The position numbers were made by a program, and so were the translations under genes. Source: Squalus acanthias (lineage: Eukaryota). Taken from it: a stretch of 64,000 bases of DNA. The notes under the pieces are model-generated. The model worked only from the letters and a program-made list of their open reading frames with translations, was not told the DNA's origin and ran no database searches. The stretch covers positions 72,726,001-72,790,000 of the forward strand of contig CM059430.1 of assembly GCA_030390025.1 (NCBI GenBank). The letters run 5' to 3'. This document shows, in pieces, positions 38,538-50,899 of the stretch (position 1 is the first letter of the stretch; each line of letters opens with the position of its first letter).

Positions 38538-38648
38538 TCAGCCTACCTGGGCGTACACAGTCCTCTCCTCTTTATCGTTAGCGCTTGCAGTTTTCATTGA
38601 ATTTGTCAAATCTAATGCAGCGTAAAGCACCATCTCATTTGTTGATCC
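38538..38648 (-). CDS. Gene B terminal cytoplasmic exon GSTNEMVLYAALDLTNSMKTASANDKEERTVYAQVG*
   Basis: Acceptor ctatgcag, phase 0. Exact ITIM (V-x-Y-x-x-L) and ITSM (T-x-Y-x-x-V) consensus matches. Confidence 0.88.
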   Translation of the reverse strand, partial: GSTNEMVLYAALDLTNSMKTASANDKEERTVYAQVG

Positions 38649-41600
38649 CTGCATAGATCACAAAGTAATGCATATTATATTGGTTACTCATTATCTTAGT
38701 GACACTGCAGTGTATGGATTACACTTTGAACCGAACTCTCGGTAATACTAAAACCAGAGCTGTAAAGTGAAACATTAAAATAAATGCAGATGGAGCTTGT
38801 GTTATCTCTCAATAATTTTATACTATAGCATTAGGAAAATATATTGTATTTTACTCTCTCAATGTGGGCAATAGTCATGTTTTAAATAATGGTTATTACA
38901 CAAGTTACTGCTTAGTAAGCCCTATGCGTGAAAGCACAAAGGCCTAATTATACCTTCATTACTTGAAGTGTTTTGCCATTACATGTACACGCATGTTTGA
39001 AAATTACATTTTATGTTGTTGTTACTGATTCCATCAGCATTATATATTTTGGAAATAATTTCAACAATTTATGAAAAAAATCAGTAAATACCTTTAGGAG
39101 ATACATTGAATTTAGAATTGACCTGCAGAAATCTGAAATAAATATTTACTCTAACTTTTAAAGGGTTAATGCTTTACCTTAAGCAGCGAAGTGATGTATT
39201 TCAGGCCAGCGGATAAATTGCATCTATGAAAGTATTTCATGCTTAATCTCACAGCCAATTTCTATTTGCATAAAAAATGGATGAGAAGAACCTACCAGAA
39301 CTTCTGGATGTGATGGTTGCTCCAAGGAATCCCCTGTTTCTGGCAATGAATGGACTTGAAAATGTGAACATTAATTATTTGCTTAAATCGTTCTCAATGA
39401 TTCCAAAACCATTTCATGTAGGCTTAATACACAGTCAAACTTTATGTTCAGTAACACAATCAAGAATTTTTGGATATCTCTATTTGTTCAAGCTTTACTG
39501 TCAAATTAACATCTCCAGATTTTGTTAAATTATTGAGTACTACGCGAGTCAACTTCCACGAGGTCAAGAGGCTTCCTGCTTTGACCATGGCCCTGAAATT
39601 GCGGTGTCTGTGACGGCATACTCTCAGAGTACAACATTGTGTTCCTTTTGAAATGCCCCGTAAGTTCCGGATTTCCTCATGTGCTTGGGTAAAATCTGGA
39701 ACTTGAGGGCTGTCAATGTACAGGTTGACAGGCCATATGCGGGAGACCCGAAAAAGCAATCGCTGACGCAGAGTTCAGCTGTTTGCCCAGCGACTGGACA
39801 GCAATTTCCCACGTAGATCTTACAGTTGATGCAAGCAGGCTTAGGGCCTGTTTGTATCAGCGTAAAGAGATCTCTAAGGCTTAAATTAAACATTTTCCTA
39901 TCCAAAATTATGCACATACACTATATTAATGAGTTTATGCAAATTTTGGAATGTGTTAAAAATTTAATTACGTCTAAAATGATCAAAAAATATTTGTTTA
40001 TCGAGGTTGGTGTAATGAAGGTAGATATGAATAAAATTCCAACTCTGTACATTGTATAACTATTAGATTTGGGAATTCCATTGCATATCATTAGGGGATT
40101 CCTTCGTAAATGATTGGAATGGAATTCTGTTTATGAATTGGCGGACTGGAAACACGTGACCCCAGATACGTTTCCGATCCGCCTGTATCCTGGGATCCGT
40201 GGATCATTACGCTGCCCTCCACCTCGAGGCCTGAGACCACAACTTTTCGCAGCTTGGGCACCAGGAGGTACTTTCGTAATTGTTTCATGGTTTGGAGGCA
40301 CACTCCGGAAGCTATCCTCTGGCGGTAATTTCCAGCCCCACTTATTAGCTTAGACGCTAAACCTTAGCAGGAACTTGACGGGAAAACGCATCACATTAGA
40401 CCCTGCACTTAACTCACTTCTACAAAGGTAATGCAGCAGCAGAAAGAGGTCAGAGAATTTTAGATCCAAAACGAGCAACTTTCTCCTACCCACTCCAGAG
40501 AGGTGAAAGGCAACACACCACTTTATTGCTGCGGGACAGATTATTAAACTCAGCACATTGGTTCTAGTTCCCCATCTCCCTGGCTCCTATCTTCAACAGC
40601 ACAACATGTCATCCATTTGCAAGAGAGAAGAAATAACTTCTCATTTATGTAGCGCGTTCTAGGACCTTAAAACATCCCAATGCGCTTCTCAAGCGAAACG
40701 TACTTTTGAATTTTAATCACTGTTGTAATGTAAGGAAACGCGGTGGCTGATTGAGCACAGAAATATCCCACATACAGTACTGCGATGAATAAGCAATTAA
40801 ATTGTTTTACCGATGTAAATTGGGAATAAATGTTTTGCAGTACACCGAGAGACCATCCAGCCCTCCTTAAATAGCGCAAAGAGATATTTTACATCCACCT
40901 CAGCGCGAAGACGGAGGCTTTTTTTAAGTTTTCATCCGAAAGCTCTCCCTCAGTACTGTGATGGGGTGGCGGCCTAGATTATGTGCTTAACACTCCGACC
41001 TCTGATTATCAAGTGAGAATGCTACTACTGATCCAAACCTTACATTAACTTACTTCATCCCTACCCTCACTTTATCAAGGAAATACTTAAGGACAGAATG
41101 AAACGGGACAATTTCATACCTTTACATATTATTAATGGACATCGCTTCAGAATGATTATCAAGAGCAAAATAATTACGATTCCACCTCCAGCGGATCCAA
41201 AGACCTTTATGAACCACAGTTTGTTGTCACCTCCTGTAAAATGAATGTCAAAAATAAAATTAGAAGTTGTATATTGTGAGAAAGTGTTCTGCAGTCCCAC
41301 ATTTCAATGCCGCCAACCATTCTTTTGAACAATGATTTCAATTTTCGAGAGTACCACAGCATAAAGCGACGGTTAAACATTTAATTGACCGTCTTATTTT
41401 TCATTTTCCATTACAAATTCGTTATGATTACTAAACATTTAAAGAAAATGATACAATTGCATTTCAAAAATGGAGCACGATTTAACCTTCACCCCTGAGT
41501 AATAGTTAAGACGATTATCCTTGGACTTTAGTTTTTATACCACATGTTAACTAAGAATTAGATATGAAAGTTGATTCCTAGTTTAGTCACCAGTGTTTGG

Positions 41601-44600
41601 TGAACAAGTTGTGCTGTTTCGACAATCCAACAGCTTCAGGTTTGCTTTTCCTGAAACCAGCATTTTATTTCCAGAACTGTTTAATTTGAAGTCAAATTCT
41701 CAAACTACCATGGCGTGATTAATGGTCCAGGCGTCTGGATTACATAACAATTATACTACAATACATCCGCTCTCTAATAAAAAAAAGGTCAGTACAAAGA
41801 CCCGTTAGCCAACAGAACTTAAAAAATCTGCTTAATCCATATTTTTGTTCATTTAAAGAGTGATAACCCATCAATGTGCCTTTAAAGGATTGTTGTCAAA
41901 ATTGCGCAAATGCCAAATACGGTCCATAATCTTTGGTATCCGTCTTGGGTCAAATGTTCGTTGCATTTGTTATAATTAGATTTTTACCTCCAGTACTGGT
42001 TGAAATGAATCGGAAGTCAGTTGCCGTTTGGACGGTGAGATGAAATGCCTGGCAGGTATAAATAGTCCCGCTCTTGACAGGCTGTGACTCTTCCAAAAAG
42101 CTGGAAACTTCATACAGACCTTTTTCATTTAGCTGTATTTCGGCGTTTATCCCGGTCTCAACTTTCAAACCATCCTTGTACCAAGTAATATTGATATCAT
42201 TTGGGTAAAATTCAGCAGTTTTACACACAAGAATCAAAGAAGCAGATGCATTACGATCAGCCTCATTACAGTCAATACGCAGTGGGGTTGGGGGAACTGT
42301 GGAACAAGATATAGAAGAGATTAGAAGTGATTCTATTTTCTACCACATCAAAGCCAATGTGACATTAATACTTTCCAAACATTAAATGGCACGTTCATTT
42401 ATCGAAATGTTGGGTGGATTTTCAACTTGCGGAAAACAGCCGATGTTGATCGACAACTTGGCATCGAGTTGAAAATCTATCCCATTAATTAAAGGATTAC
42501 AATTTCTACGGAGAAGTTGGTGAGCTAAACAATAATACCATCGAAATCAATGCTAGAAAGTTTATAGATGGAAGACTTAAAGGTGTGGATGGTTTTGAGA
42601 TTATTGCAACAAATAAATATCTCAGTATAACTCATAATTAAGAGCAGGTATAAAGGGATTCGATGGATAATATGGTTTACAACACTTCGCATTTTACAGG
42701 GCTAAGCTTTTAATTGAAAAAACACATCATTTCACGATCAAATAGTTTTAATGTTGTTTATAAAATCATATTGAACACCATTCACCTTAACTGGAATATT
42801 TTAGAAAGTTGAAAGACGGTTTAATAACTGTCGAGACAGTTTTACTGAGTTAGAGACTCTGTTGAAGTAATTATTGTGAAGAGTGTTGGAAAGGTTAATG
42901 TAAAATACAGATAATACATAGTTTAAGAACGGCAGTAAGTGAAGAACCATAGCTGGAGGAAACGGAAAGCAGAATAAAATAGATAAATGGAAAATTTACT
43001 GAGAACTCGCCGGAGAGTGACCCGAAGTTTAAACCAGAGTGCGGCAGAGAAAGACGTAACGGTTCGAAACCAACAATTAACTTGCCATCTAAGCGAAGAC
43101 TTATTCGTCATATTCTCATTCAAGCGGCAGATTTACCAGTGAAATTCAAACAGTCGTGCTGGTTAAAATACACTGTACTCAATTATATACAGCAAATTAT
43201 GATACATCGTGATAGTGAATGATGTTTATTGCGCTCTGCTTGTTGATTTAGCTTGTCTACGCTAATTTATAATAATTCATTCGTAATGATATTAATGCTT
43301 CATCAATGTTGAACCTCATGTTCAACACTAGCTGCAAATTAGTCGATGCAATTAAGTAAATTAATCAGTGGCTAACCTCTTTCACGTTCAATTCTTTGTC
43401 GCGTTATTAATCATGTGTTTAAATGTCTCTTTACCGAACGTTATATTACATTCCTGTTCGTTCCCAAACGTTAATTGAACCGAAATGTGTATAAATAAAA
43501 CAAGGTATTGAATAATAATTTCATTGTACATTCCAAAATGCATAAAGCAAACGCTTGGATGCCCCAAACATAAAAACAATTAAAAAAAATCTTGCACCGT
43601 GTTTGTTTCGTTCGCTTTAAAAAAATTAGTGGAATAGCTTCAGGTACAAATTACCGTAGATGCCAAGCTTTGTCCCAGTTCCATTTCCCATCCGACTACT
43701 CGGATGTTTCACTCCGCAGTAATAAACTCCGGAGTCCGCGGCGCTGACATTCAGGAGCTGAAGAGAGGCCTCTCCTTTCTTCAAAGGAGAAAATCGTTTT
43801 CTGCTGTCATTAACTGACTGTAGAAACTCTATGTCTCCCATTTTCCACCAGTAAACAGTCACATCGGAATTATCTTGGAAAAGAGGGAACGCGCAATAGA
43901 AAGTAATGTTTCCACCTGCGATCAAGTTAACGTTTTCAGGGACTTGGGACACTCTGATATCAGCATCTGAAACAGCTGTGAGGAAATAAATGCAAACAAT
44001 AATTAGATATATCGCGCTCAAACGGCTTGCTGACAATAATCATCGACTTCTGACAGTAGGGTAGGTTTGCTGATGAATAAATTAAATGTTTGTCAACGAT
44101 ATCTGATACTGCAAGCGCTGAATATAACGAGTTCATTTTAAACGATGAGATCTGTCGGCGCTGCTCTGTATTTAATGTGCCTAGCTACCACATTTCTATT
44201 CTTAAAACTAACCTGGTGTGAAGCGCAGACCACGCCAGTACATTTTGAATTGCACATGTCTTCAGGAACAGACAATGATCAGACAATGAACACATCAACT
44301 GAGACATGGTTGATGCGACGCAGGGACTAAGATCTTGACATAACTCACGACGAAAGGACTTACATTGGACTGTGTTTCTTCTTTTAAGTTCAATTGAGGT
44401 GGTAATACATCCTAACACCACATTCACTTCGACAATTGTCTCGTGGCACTGGCCATGGACCTTTCATCAACCTTGCAATATAATCCGCATGTTTTCTATT
44501 GCTCAACCACCTTGCGAAAAGGACCCGGCATCATTCAAAGATGCAGTGCCCCTATCCAAGTGCAGCACACTACATTCGTCTAGATTAAATTATATCTACC

Positions 44601-45803
44601 AGATTCGGTTAATTCCTCTATTTAATCCAGTTTTGTCTGCAATCTTATTTTATTTTTTCCACAGTCTTTAGATCCGCAGATATGTTCGTGCAATCTACGC
44701 ACTTGCAGATAACATCCCCATGCCTTTACCCAAATAATTGATAAATAATGCAATGGTCCTAACGATTAATAACTGTCTTGTGTGACCTTTAATAGAGCAG
44801 TTTCCTTGTCCAACCCAACCAAAAACCTGCATGCAAATCCCACAATACTCAACCTACCTTAGTAGCCTTTTGAGTAGGACTGTATTAACCTCTTTTTTAA
44901 AAGACTAGATATACAATATCAATATGACTGCATCATCTACCAACTTAGTAAATTCTTGGAAAAAAGTGCAACGAAGTTGGTGAGACACGAACTTCTGTTG
45001 CATAAACCATGTCTGGATTCCCTAATAAACTCAAACTTTCGAATTGATAGTGCAGCGCATCTCTAATAATTGTAAAGTTTCGAGGTTCTCACTTCGACCA
45101 TTTTTGAAATTTTGGGAAGTCGTGGCCCCCTCACGGGTCCATGGGCAGCATCACAGATAACTATACAATATAACTACTAAATTTATACACAAATGGCCGA
45201 ATTAGCACAGGCCACATTTGCTGTAACACACTCGGGAGAATGTCTTCAAGGTCAGCACCCCGATCTATTTTACGAGCAAAAACTGCAACAAAGACTACCT
45301 CTGCATCCAGTTCAACAGGTTTACTTTTAACATCAGCCTCATGTCGTCGTCTTGGTAACCCAGCATCTTTGAATGTAGTGAAGGCAGGTGCAAAGTAACT
45401 TTTAATCTTTTGCCATATCCTGGCACTCCGCCTGAACCTGCCCAGAGGACCGTTCAATGTTCTAGCACTTTCCTTGGTGAGCCTGTGATGTTCAACATAG
45501 TTGAAAAATACCACCCGATACATTCTTCTCCATCCGTGTCTTTCTCGCTAATCATATTGATTCTTACATTTATTCTAATGCTTGAAACATGGGTCTTGTA
45601 TAAATTGGACCTCTGAGCGTAAAAGTGACCAGCAATATCCAGAAGTAACTCCAACACATACCACATACAACAGAGTTCAGATTTTCAGTGTCTGCTGTAT
45701 CTTGCTTTTGACATATTAAAACATGACATTAATAGAAAGGAAAACTCATGGATATACCTGTATAAGCATTCGCAAAGATCAATATCCAGTGAAACACAAT
45801 CAT
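38538..45803 (-). CDS. Gene B: VJ-C1 IgSF type I membrane receptor, inhibitory type (ITIM + ITSM), about 314 aa
   Basis: Exons 45803-45758 (leader), 43975-43655 (V), 42296-41988 (C1), 41233-41120 (TM), 39339-39296 (cyt1) and 38648-38538 (cyt2 with stop) are all GT-AG and phase-consistent, totalling 945 nt without internal stops. AATAAA follows the stop. Confidence 0.88.
39296..39339 (-). CDS. Gene B first cytoplasmic exon (ETGDSLEQPSHPEVL), candidate
   Basis: 44 nt with attgccag / gtaggt boundaries. It supplies the phase 1 to 0 change needed between the TM and ITIM exons. Confidence 0.6.
39589..40338. mobile_element. Harbinger-like MITE in a gene B intron
   Basis: Imperfect TIR ggccctgaaattgcgg / gcggtaatttccagccc. 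Collinear with 49668-50437. Confidence 0.75.
40631..41032 (-). mobile_element. Degenerate DeuSINE
   Basis: Collinear with 31705-32190. Confidence 0.75.
41120..41233 (-). CDS. Gene B transmembrane exon GGDNKLWFIKVFGSAGGGIVIILLLIIILKRCPLIICK
   Basis: 114 nt, phase 1/1, ttttacag / gtatga. Hydrophobic helix followed by a KR stop-transfer signal. Confidence 0.9.
41988..42296 (-). CDS. Gene B Ig C1-set exon
   Basis: 309 nt, phase 1/1. Reads VPPTPLRIDCNEADRNASASLILVCKTAEFYPNDINITWYKDG...GLYEVSSFLEESQPVKSGTIYTCQAFHLT. Confidence 0.93.
42411..42484. repeat. 74-bp inverted-repeat mini element
   Basis: tgggtggattttcaact ... agttgaaaatctatccca. Confidence 0.55.
43655..43975 (-). CDS. Gene B Ig V-set exon with germline-joined J-like G strand
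   Basis: 321 nt, phase 1/1. Contains VSQVP, NITFYC, WWK, DSGVYYC and GNGTGTKLGIY. Confidence 0.95.
45758..45803 (-). CDS. Gene B signal peptide exon MIVFHWILIFANAYT
   Basis: 46 nt with ATG, hydrophobic core and a CAG|gtatat phase 1 donor, joining in frame to AVSDADIRVSQ. Confidence 0.75.
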
Positions 45804-47989
45804 ATTAGAAATGGAATTGACGACAGGCTACAGGTAGGCGCCATCCTCTGATGGTTTGGAAATACTGGCTTACTCCGAACATGATTCGAACTGAGAGATG
45901 ATGACGCATGAGTCTAAAACTGCCGTCAGTAACGGAATTTATTTTAAGCGTTAAGATATGTGCCCGCGGTTGTGCGTACATGATGGACTATAACTTGAAC
46001 ACACTATTTAATCTGAGTTGCTGTAGTAGCAGTAAATATATCTTTAAAGAATTAGATCAAACTTTTGGAGAAATTATTTAGCTCGACATCTGCAGTTGTT
46101 GAGAAAGTTTATAGACTCCAACAAAGTTAACACAACTGGCCGATTTCACACAGCGCCATACGCACTCTTGTACATGCACATACATTTAAATCAAAATTAT
46201 AGCAATCCACCATTACTACAGCGGACGGCGGCCTGAAACTTGTACCTCCATTGCAATACAAATAAGAAGCGCAACTTATACTGCCGGTTCTGTCTGGCAT
46301 TGCGTACAATGAACGTAGACATTTGTGAGTTTGTGTTTGGCGTTTTCCATCTGCCTGTTTAACAGCTGAAGATATAATTTGATCGTCATGTCTCACTCAT
46401 TTAACAATAATTCAGAAAATATGCTTCATAAAACAGCCGTTGATCAAATTCAGCGAGCAGACCAGAAACACCAATGTAAGAAAGATAATAATATACAGAA
46501 CGAGTTTAGAATATTCAGACATTTTGTGAGAACGATCCAGTGCACACTGAAAGAATAAGTATGGAGGAGGGTAGAATTCATCTGCTGTTCAGCTGAAACT
46601 ATCTATCTGTTTTTGCATATGTATTGAGGCATTGTTTAGAATTATTCCAGTTAATAACCAAAAATGTGTCTAGATATTATTATGTTGCAATCAAAATGCG
46701 CATGTTTAGTGTTCGAACTGCCTACACGGAAATGTAGCAATAAATCATTTCCGTTCTTTACCACGAGACTGCAATCCGTTTATGATTCAGTCTATCAAAT
46801 AGAGCAGTAACCACTTTTCAGGTGAGGCCAAAAAGGTCATCTGCTCTTTGATCAATGTATCAAAAGCCAGTGTTTAAGCGCATTTTAATAGGATACGTGC
46901 GAGTAGAAACCACAGTTTAACCTTGTGACTCTTGCTGATGTATTGTTTCACTATCTTAACCAGTTACCTTGTTAACCTACATCGCGGGTTGCAATATCGT
47001 GTTGCTAATGTTAAAGTAGATCAAAGATCAACAGTCGAACAACTACCATCTTTTCTTTGTATTGATCAACATTAAACAATCTGTACTTTATGCAACAACC
47101 TTCTTCATAAAGCGCAGGTTCATCCCCACGAGGCAGCATGTTTGAGATACAAGAGTTCCTTAACGGTCTCACAACATTTTAATTGATTAGTCATTGAAAT
47201 TAAGATACTAATCTGTCCGTCCATAGATTTCTCTGATATAAGAAAGACTGTGTGATTATTCTATATCTACTTCGATGCTAGATAGATCAACACCCTTTTA
47301 AAATGTCTATCCTATAAAAAGTCATAATAATCGGTTAAAGTAATTTTAAATATCTCTCATGTCAGAAAGATAATAATGTATTATGCATTGAAAGGGGTTT
47401 TGCATTTTTAGCAACCTTGCATATTTAGCGATCATTTTCATCGATTTGAAATTAGCTGTTTGGATCAAAACGGAGGACTTCAATAACTAACGATGAACGT
47501 TGGAACAGAAACAAAGCAGAAGAAGATTACAGTTTATCAGCTCAGTTTTGGAACATGGCGAAGGAAATGTTTCAAGGCCAAAGTTGGAAATAAGAATTTA
47601 TAGAAATATAGAATCATAGAATCATAGAGCATTTATCCAATTCCCATTTGCAAGCTACTATTGGATCTGCTACCATCACCATTCCAGGTATTGCATTTCA
47701 GATCATAACAAATCACAGAATTACATAGAATTACAGCACAGAACCTGGCCTTTCGGTCTAACCAGTCTATGCTGGCATTTATGCTACCCTTGAGACTCTT
47801 CTCATCGTTCCTCATCTAACTCGATCAGCATAACCCTCTATTCCCTTCTCCCACATATGCTTATGTAGCTTTCCTTTAAATCCATCCTCACTATTCGCCT
47901 CAACGACTACCTGTTGTACCGAGTTCCACATTCTCAATATTCTCTGGGTAAAGAAGTTTATTCTGAATTCCCTATTTGATTTCTTTCCG

Positions 47990-48232
47990 AAAGTTGCCTA
48001 GACCCTGAGCTCTGGAATTCCCTGTCTAATCTTCTCCGCCTCTCTACCTCTCGTTCCTCCTTTAAGATGCTCCTTAAAACCTACCTCTTGACCAAGCTTT
48101 TTGTCATCTGCCGTAATTTCTCCTTATGTGGCTCGGTGTCAATTTGTTTTTGTCTTATAATACTCATGTGAAGCGCCTTGGGACGTTTTACTACGTTAAA
48201 GGCGCTATAAAATACAAGTTATTGTTGTTGTT
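47990..48232 (+). mobile_element. L2-clade LINE 3' fragment nested in CR1
   Basis: ctctggaattccct...tttaagatgctccttaaaacctacctc...aaaggcgctataaaatacaagttatt(gtt)n. Same family as 57825-58310. Confidence 0.75.
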
Positions 48233-49667
48233 GACGATCTTATATTGATGGCGTCTAGATTTGCTGTTCCTCACAAGATTAAACGCTCTGTGTTTACTCT
48301 ATCAAAACCTTTGATAATTTTAAAGACCTCTATTCAGCCTTCTCTTTGCAAGAGAAAATAGACCCAGCATGTTCATCCTTTCCTGATTGGTAAATCCTCG
48401 CAGTTTTGGTGTCATTGTTGTAAATCTTTTTTGCAAGCTCTCCAGTGTCTCTATAGCCATTTCATAATATGGCAATCAGAATGGTACATAGTACGCCACG
48501 TGTGGTCTAACCAAGTTTCAGTTCAAGTTTAGCATAACTTTTCTACTTTTCAATTCTATCCCTCTAGAAATAAAACCCTGGGCTTGGTTTTCTTTTTTAT
48601 AGCCTTATTAACTTGAGTCACTAATTTTAGTGATTTGTGCAATTGTACATCCAGATCCCTTTGCTGCTCTATCCCATTTAGATTATTATTTTCCAAGTAA
48701 CATGTGACCACCTTATTTTTCTCACCAAAATGTAATACCTCACACTTATCTATATAGAAATTCAGTTGCCAATTCAATGCACATTCTACAAGTTTATTGA
48801 TGTCGTCTTGTAATTTGTTGCAGTCCTCCTCACTATTGACTACCCCACCTCCCACCCCCTGCAATTTGGTGACGTCTACCAATGTAAACATTGTGTTTTG
48901 ATTCAAAAGTCAAAATTGTTAATATAAATTGTGAACAACAGTGGACCAAGTCCAGATCCTTGCGTGACCTCAGTTCCCACCTTCTGCCAATCTGATTAGT
49001 TACTCTTTACCCCTACTCTCAGCTTTCTGTCTAGCAACCAGCTATTAGCCATTGCTCTACTTTTTCCCTGAATCTGCATGCTGTGACCTTATTTATCAGT
49101 CTATTATGTGGTACCTTATCGAAGGTCTTTTGGACATCTAGATATATTACATCTACTACATTTCCCTTATCTACTCTCCCTGTTACCTCTTCAAAAATTC
49201 AATGAGGTTGGTCAGGCAAGTCTTTCACTTTTAAAATCCATGCTCAATATTCATTATTATATTTTTGGTTTCTCGATGTTTTTCTATTTTCTCCATTAGT
49301 AGGGATTCGATGGCCATTCCTACCACCGATGTATAGCAGATGCATGTAATATTTTCGAGACATTTTCTCTCTCCCTTCTTAAATATACATATGAATTTAG
49401 CTGTCTGCCAGTCCTCTGGCACTACAACTTTTTCTAACGAATTAATAAATATGTGTATTAGTGCCGCTACAATCTCGTAACCTAAATTATTTTAGAATTA
49501 GAGGATGTAATGCACCCCGACCAGAGTTTTTATCCTCTTTGGTTTTGATTAATTTATTTAATATTCCTCCCTTTCTATTTGAAATGTGGTTATAGCTTTT
49601 CTAATCTCATCATCCGATGTCATGTCCACCTGATCCGTCTTCCTGATAAATACTGAAGCAAAATAAT

Positions 49668-50437
49668 AGCCCTGAAATTGCGATCTCCCTGAAAGCGTAC
49701 TCTCAGCGTACATCGTCGTAATCCTTTTGAAAGGTCCCACAACTTCTGAGTTTCTGCAGGTGCTTGCACATATGTGAAAACCGGAACTTGCGATGTGTCA
49801 ATTTAAGGCTTGACAGGTCATCCTAACCGCAATGAAAATCAGTATAGCTAGCGTAGAGTTCGGCTATTTGCCAAACAACTGCCAGCAATTCCCCACGAGA
49901 ATCTTATAGCTTGTAAAATCAGTGATACGGCCTGCTTTCATCAGTTTAATGATATACATCAGCCTTAAATTAAACATTGATAACTCAAAAATGATGCACA
50001 TACACTTTGAATGAGTTTCTGCAAATATTGGCCCGGATTAAGATGATTACAATTATTTATTGAAAAAAACAATTGTTATTAAGTTTAGTGCAATGAAGGG
50101 ACTTTTGGATAAAATTGAAATTCAATGCATTTATAATCAATAGCATTCTGTAAATTGTGTAATTATTTGTGGATTCCATTGCATATCGGTAGGGGATTCC
50201 CTTTATAAATGATTGCAATGCAATCCTCCTTTGTGATTGGGGGACTGGGCGGATGTGATCCCAGTTAAGCTTCGGAACTGCCTGCTTCCATGGGATCAGT
50301 GGCCGTTCTGCTGCCGTACACCTGGAGTCACGGCCTCGCAAATCTACGCTGCCTGGGCGCCTGGAGGTAGGCTCGTAAAGGTTTTCCAGATTGGAGGCAT
50401 AATCTGGAGGTACACCTCCGACCGCAATCTCTAGTCC
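49668..50437. mobile_element. Harbinger-like MITE nested in CR1
   Basis: agccctgaaattgcg ... cgcaatctctagtcc. Collinear with 39589-40338. Confidence 0.75.
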
Positions 50438-50899
50438 ATCAATTTGTTTTCTGCCATTTTGCTATCGCTGCCTATGATGTTATTGTTCCATCTATTATTG
50501 GCCCAATTCCCAACCGACTTTCTTTTTTTAATTTTGTGCCTGTAGAATATTCTGCTATTTTGTTTTATGTTGCAGAATTATTTAATTTCATAGATCCTCC
50601 TTGCCTTCATAATTGATTTGTTTGACTTCTCTCCTAATCACTTTGCATGGTTCCTTATCAGGCTTTACCCTGCTGACTATATCCTTAGAGTTCGGTTATA
50701 TCCTTGTCCACAATTCTTCAGTTGTGTCTTATTGAATCCATGATGTTTCAGCAGTATTTCGATTTTTCTTGTTTTTTTTTAGTGGAATATATGTTTACTG
50801 GACTCTGTTGAACACCGTTTACATGTTTCCCATTGCTATTCGACATTGCTTGCAGATATTGCTGTCGATTTTATTTTCCAAGTTCTATTCTCAACGCCT

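Noticed and set aside
39092-39132. Alternative 41-nt phase 1-to-0 cytoplasmic exon for gene B (DFCRSILNSMYLLK)
   Set aside because: It is phase-compatible but has a weaker donor (gtattt) and less tail-like composition than 39339-39296. Not excluded without RNA data.
20809-43975. Rearranging Ig/TCR locus, or a firm gene symbol such as NCR3, SIRPA, PDCD1 or NCR3LG1
   Set aside because: I saw no RSS or separate D/J segments. The domain combination matches none of these genes exactly, and orthology cannot be set without phylogeny and synteny.
44145-44330. Plus-strand ORF MRSVGAALYLMCLATTFLFLKLTWCEAQ resembling a secreted peptide
   Set aside because: It is antisense within intron 1 of gene B, with no downstream exon or domain, so it is probably chance.
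45161-45523. Possible hAT-like transposase remnant in gene B intron 1
   Set aside because: Only a vague resemblance, with no diagnostic motif I can confirm by eye.
46463-46522. Hydrophobic minus-strand ORF MSEYSKLVLYIIIFLTLVFL as the gene B leader
   Set aside because: The available GT sites are weak and phase 0 or 2, while the V exon needs phase 1. Exon 45803-45758 fits properly.
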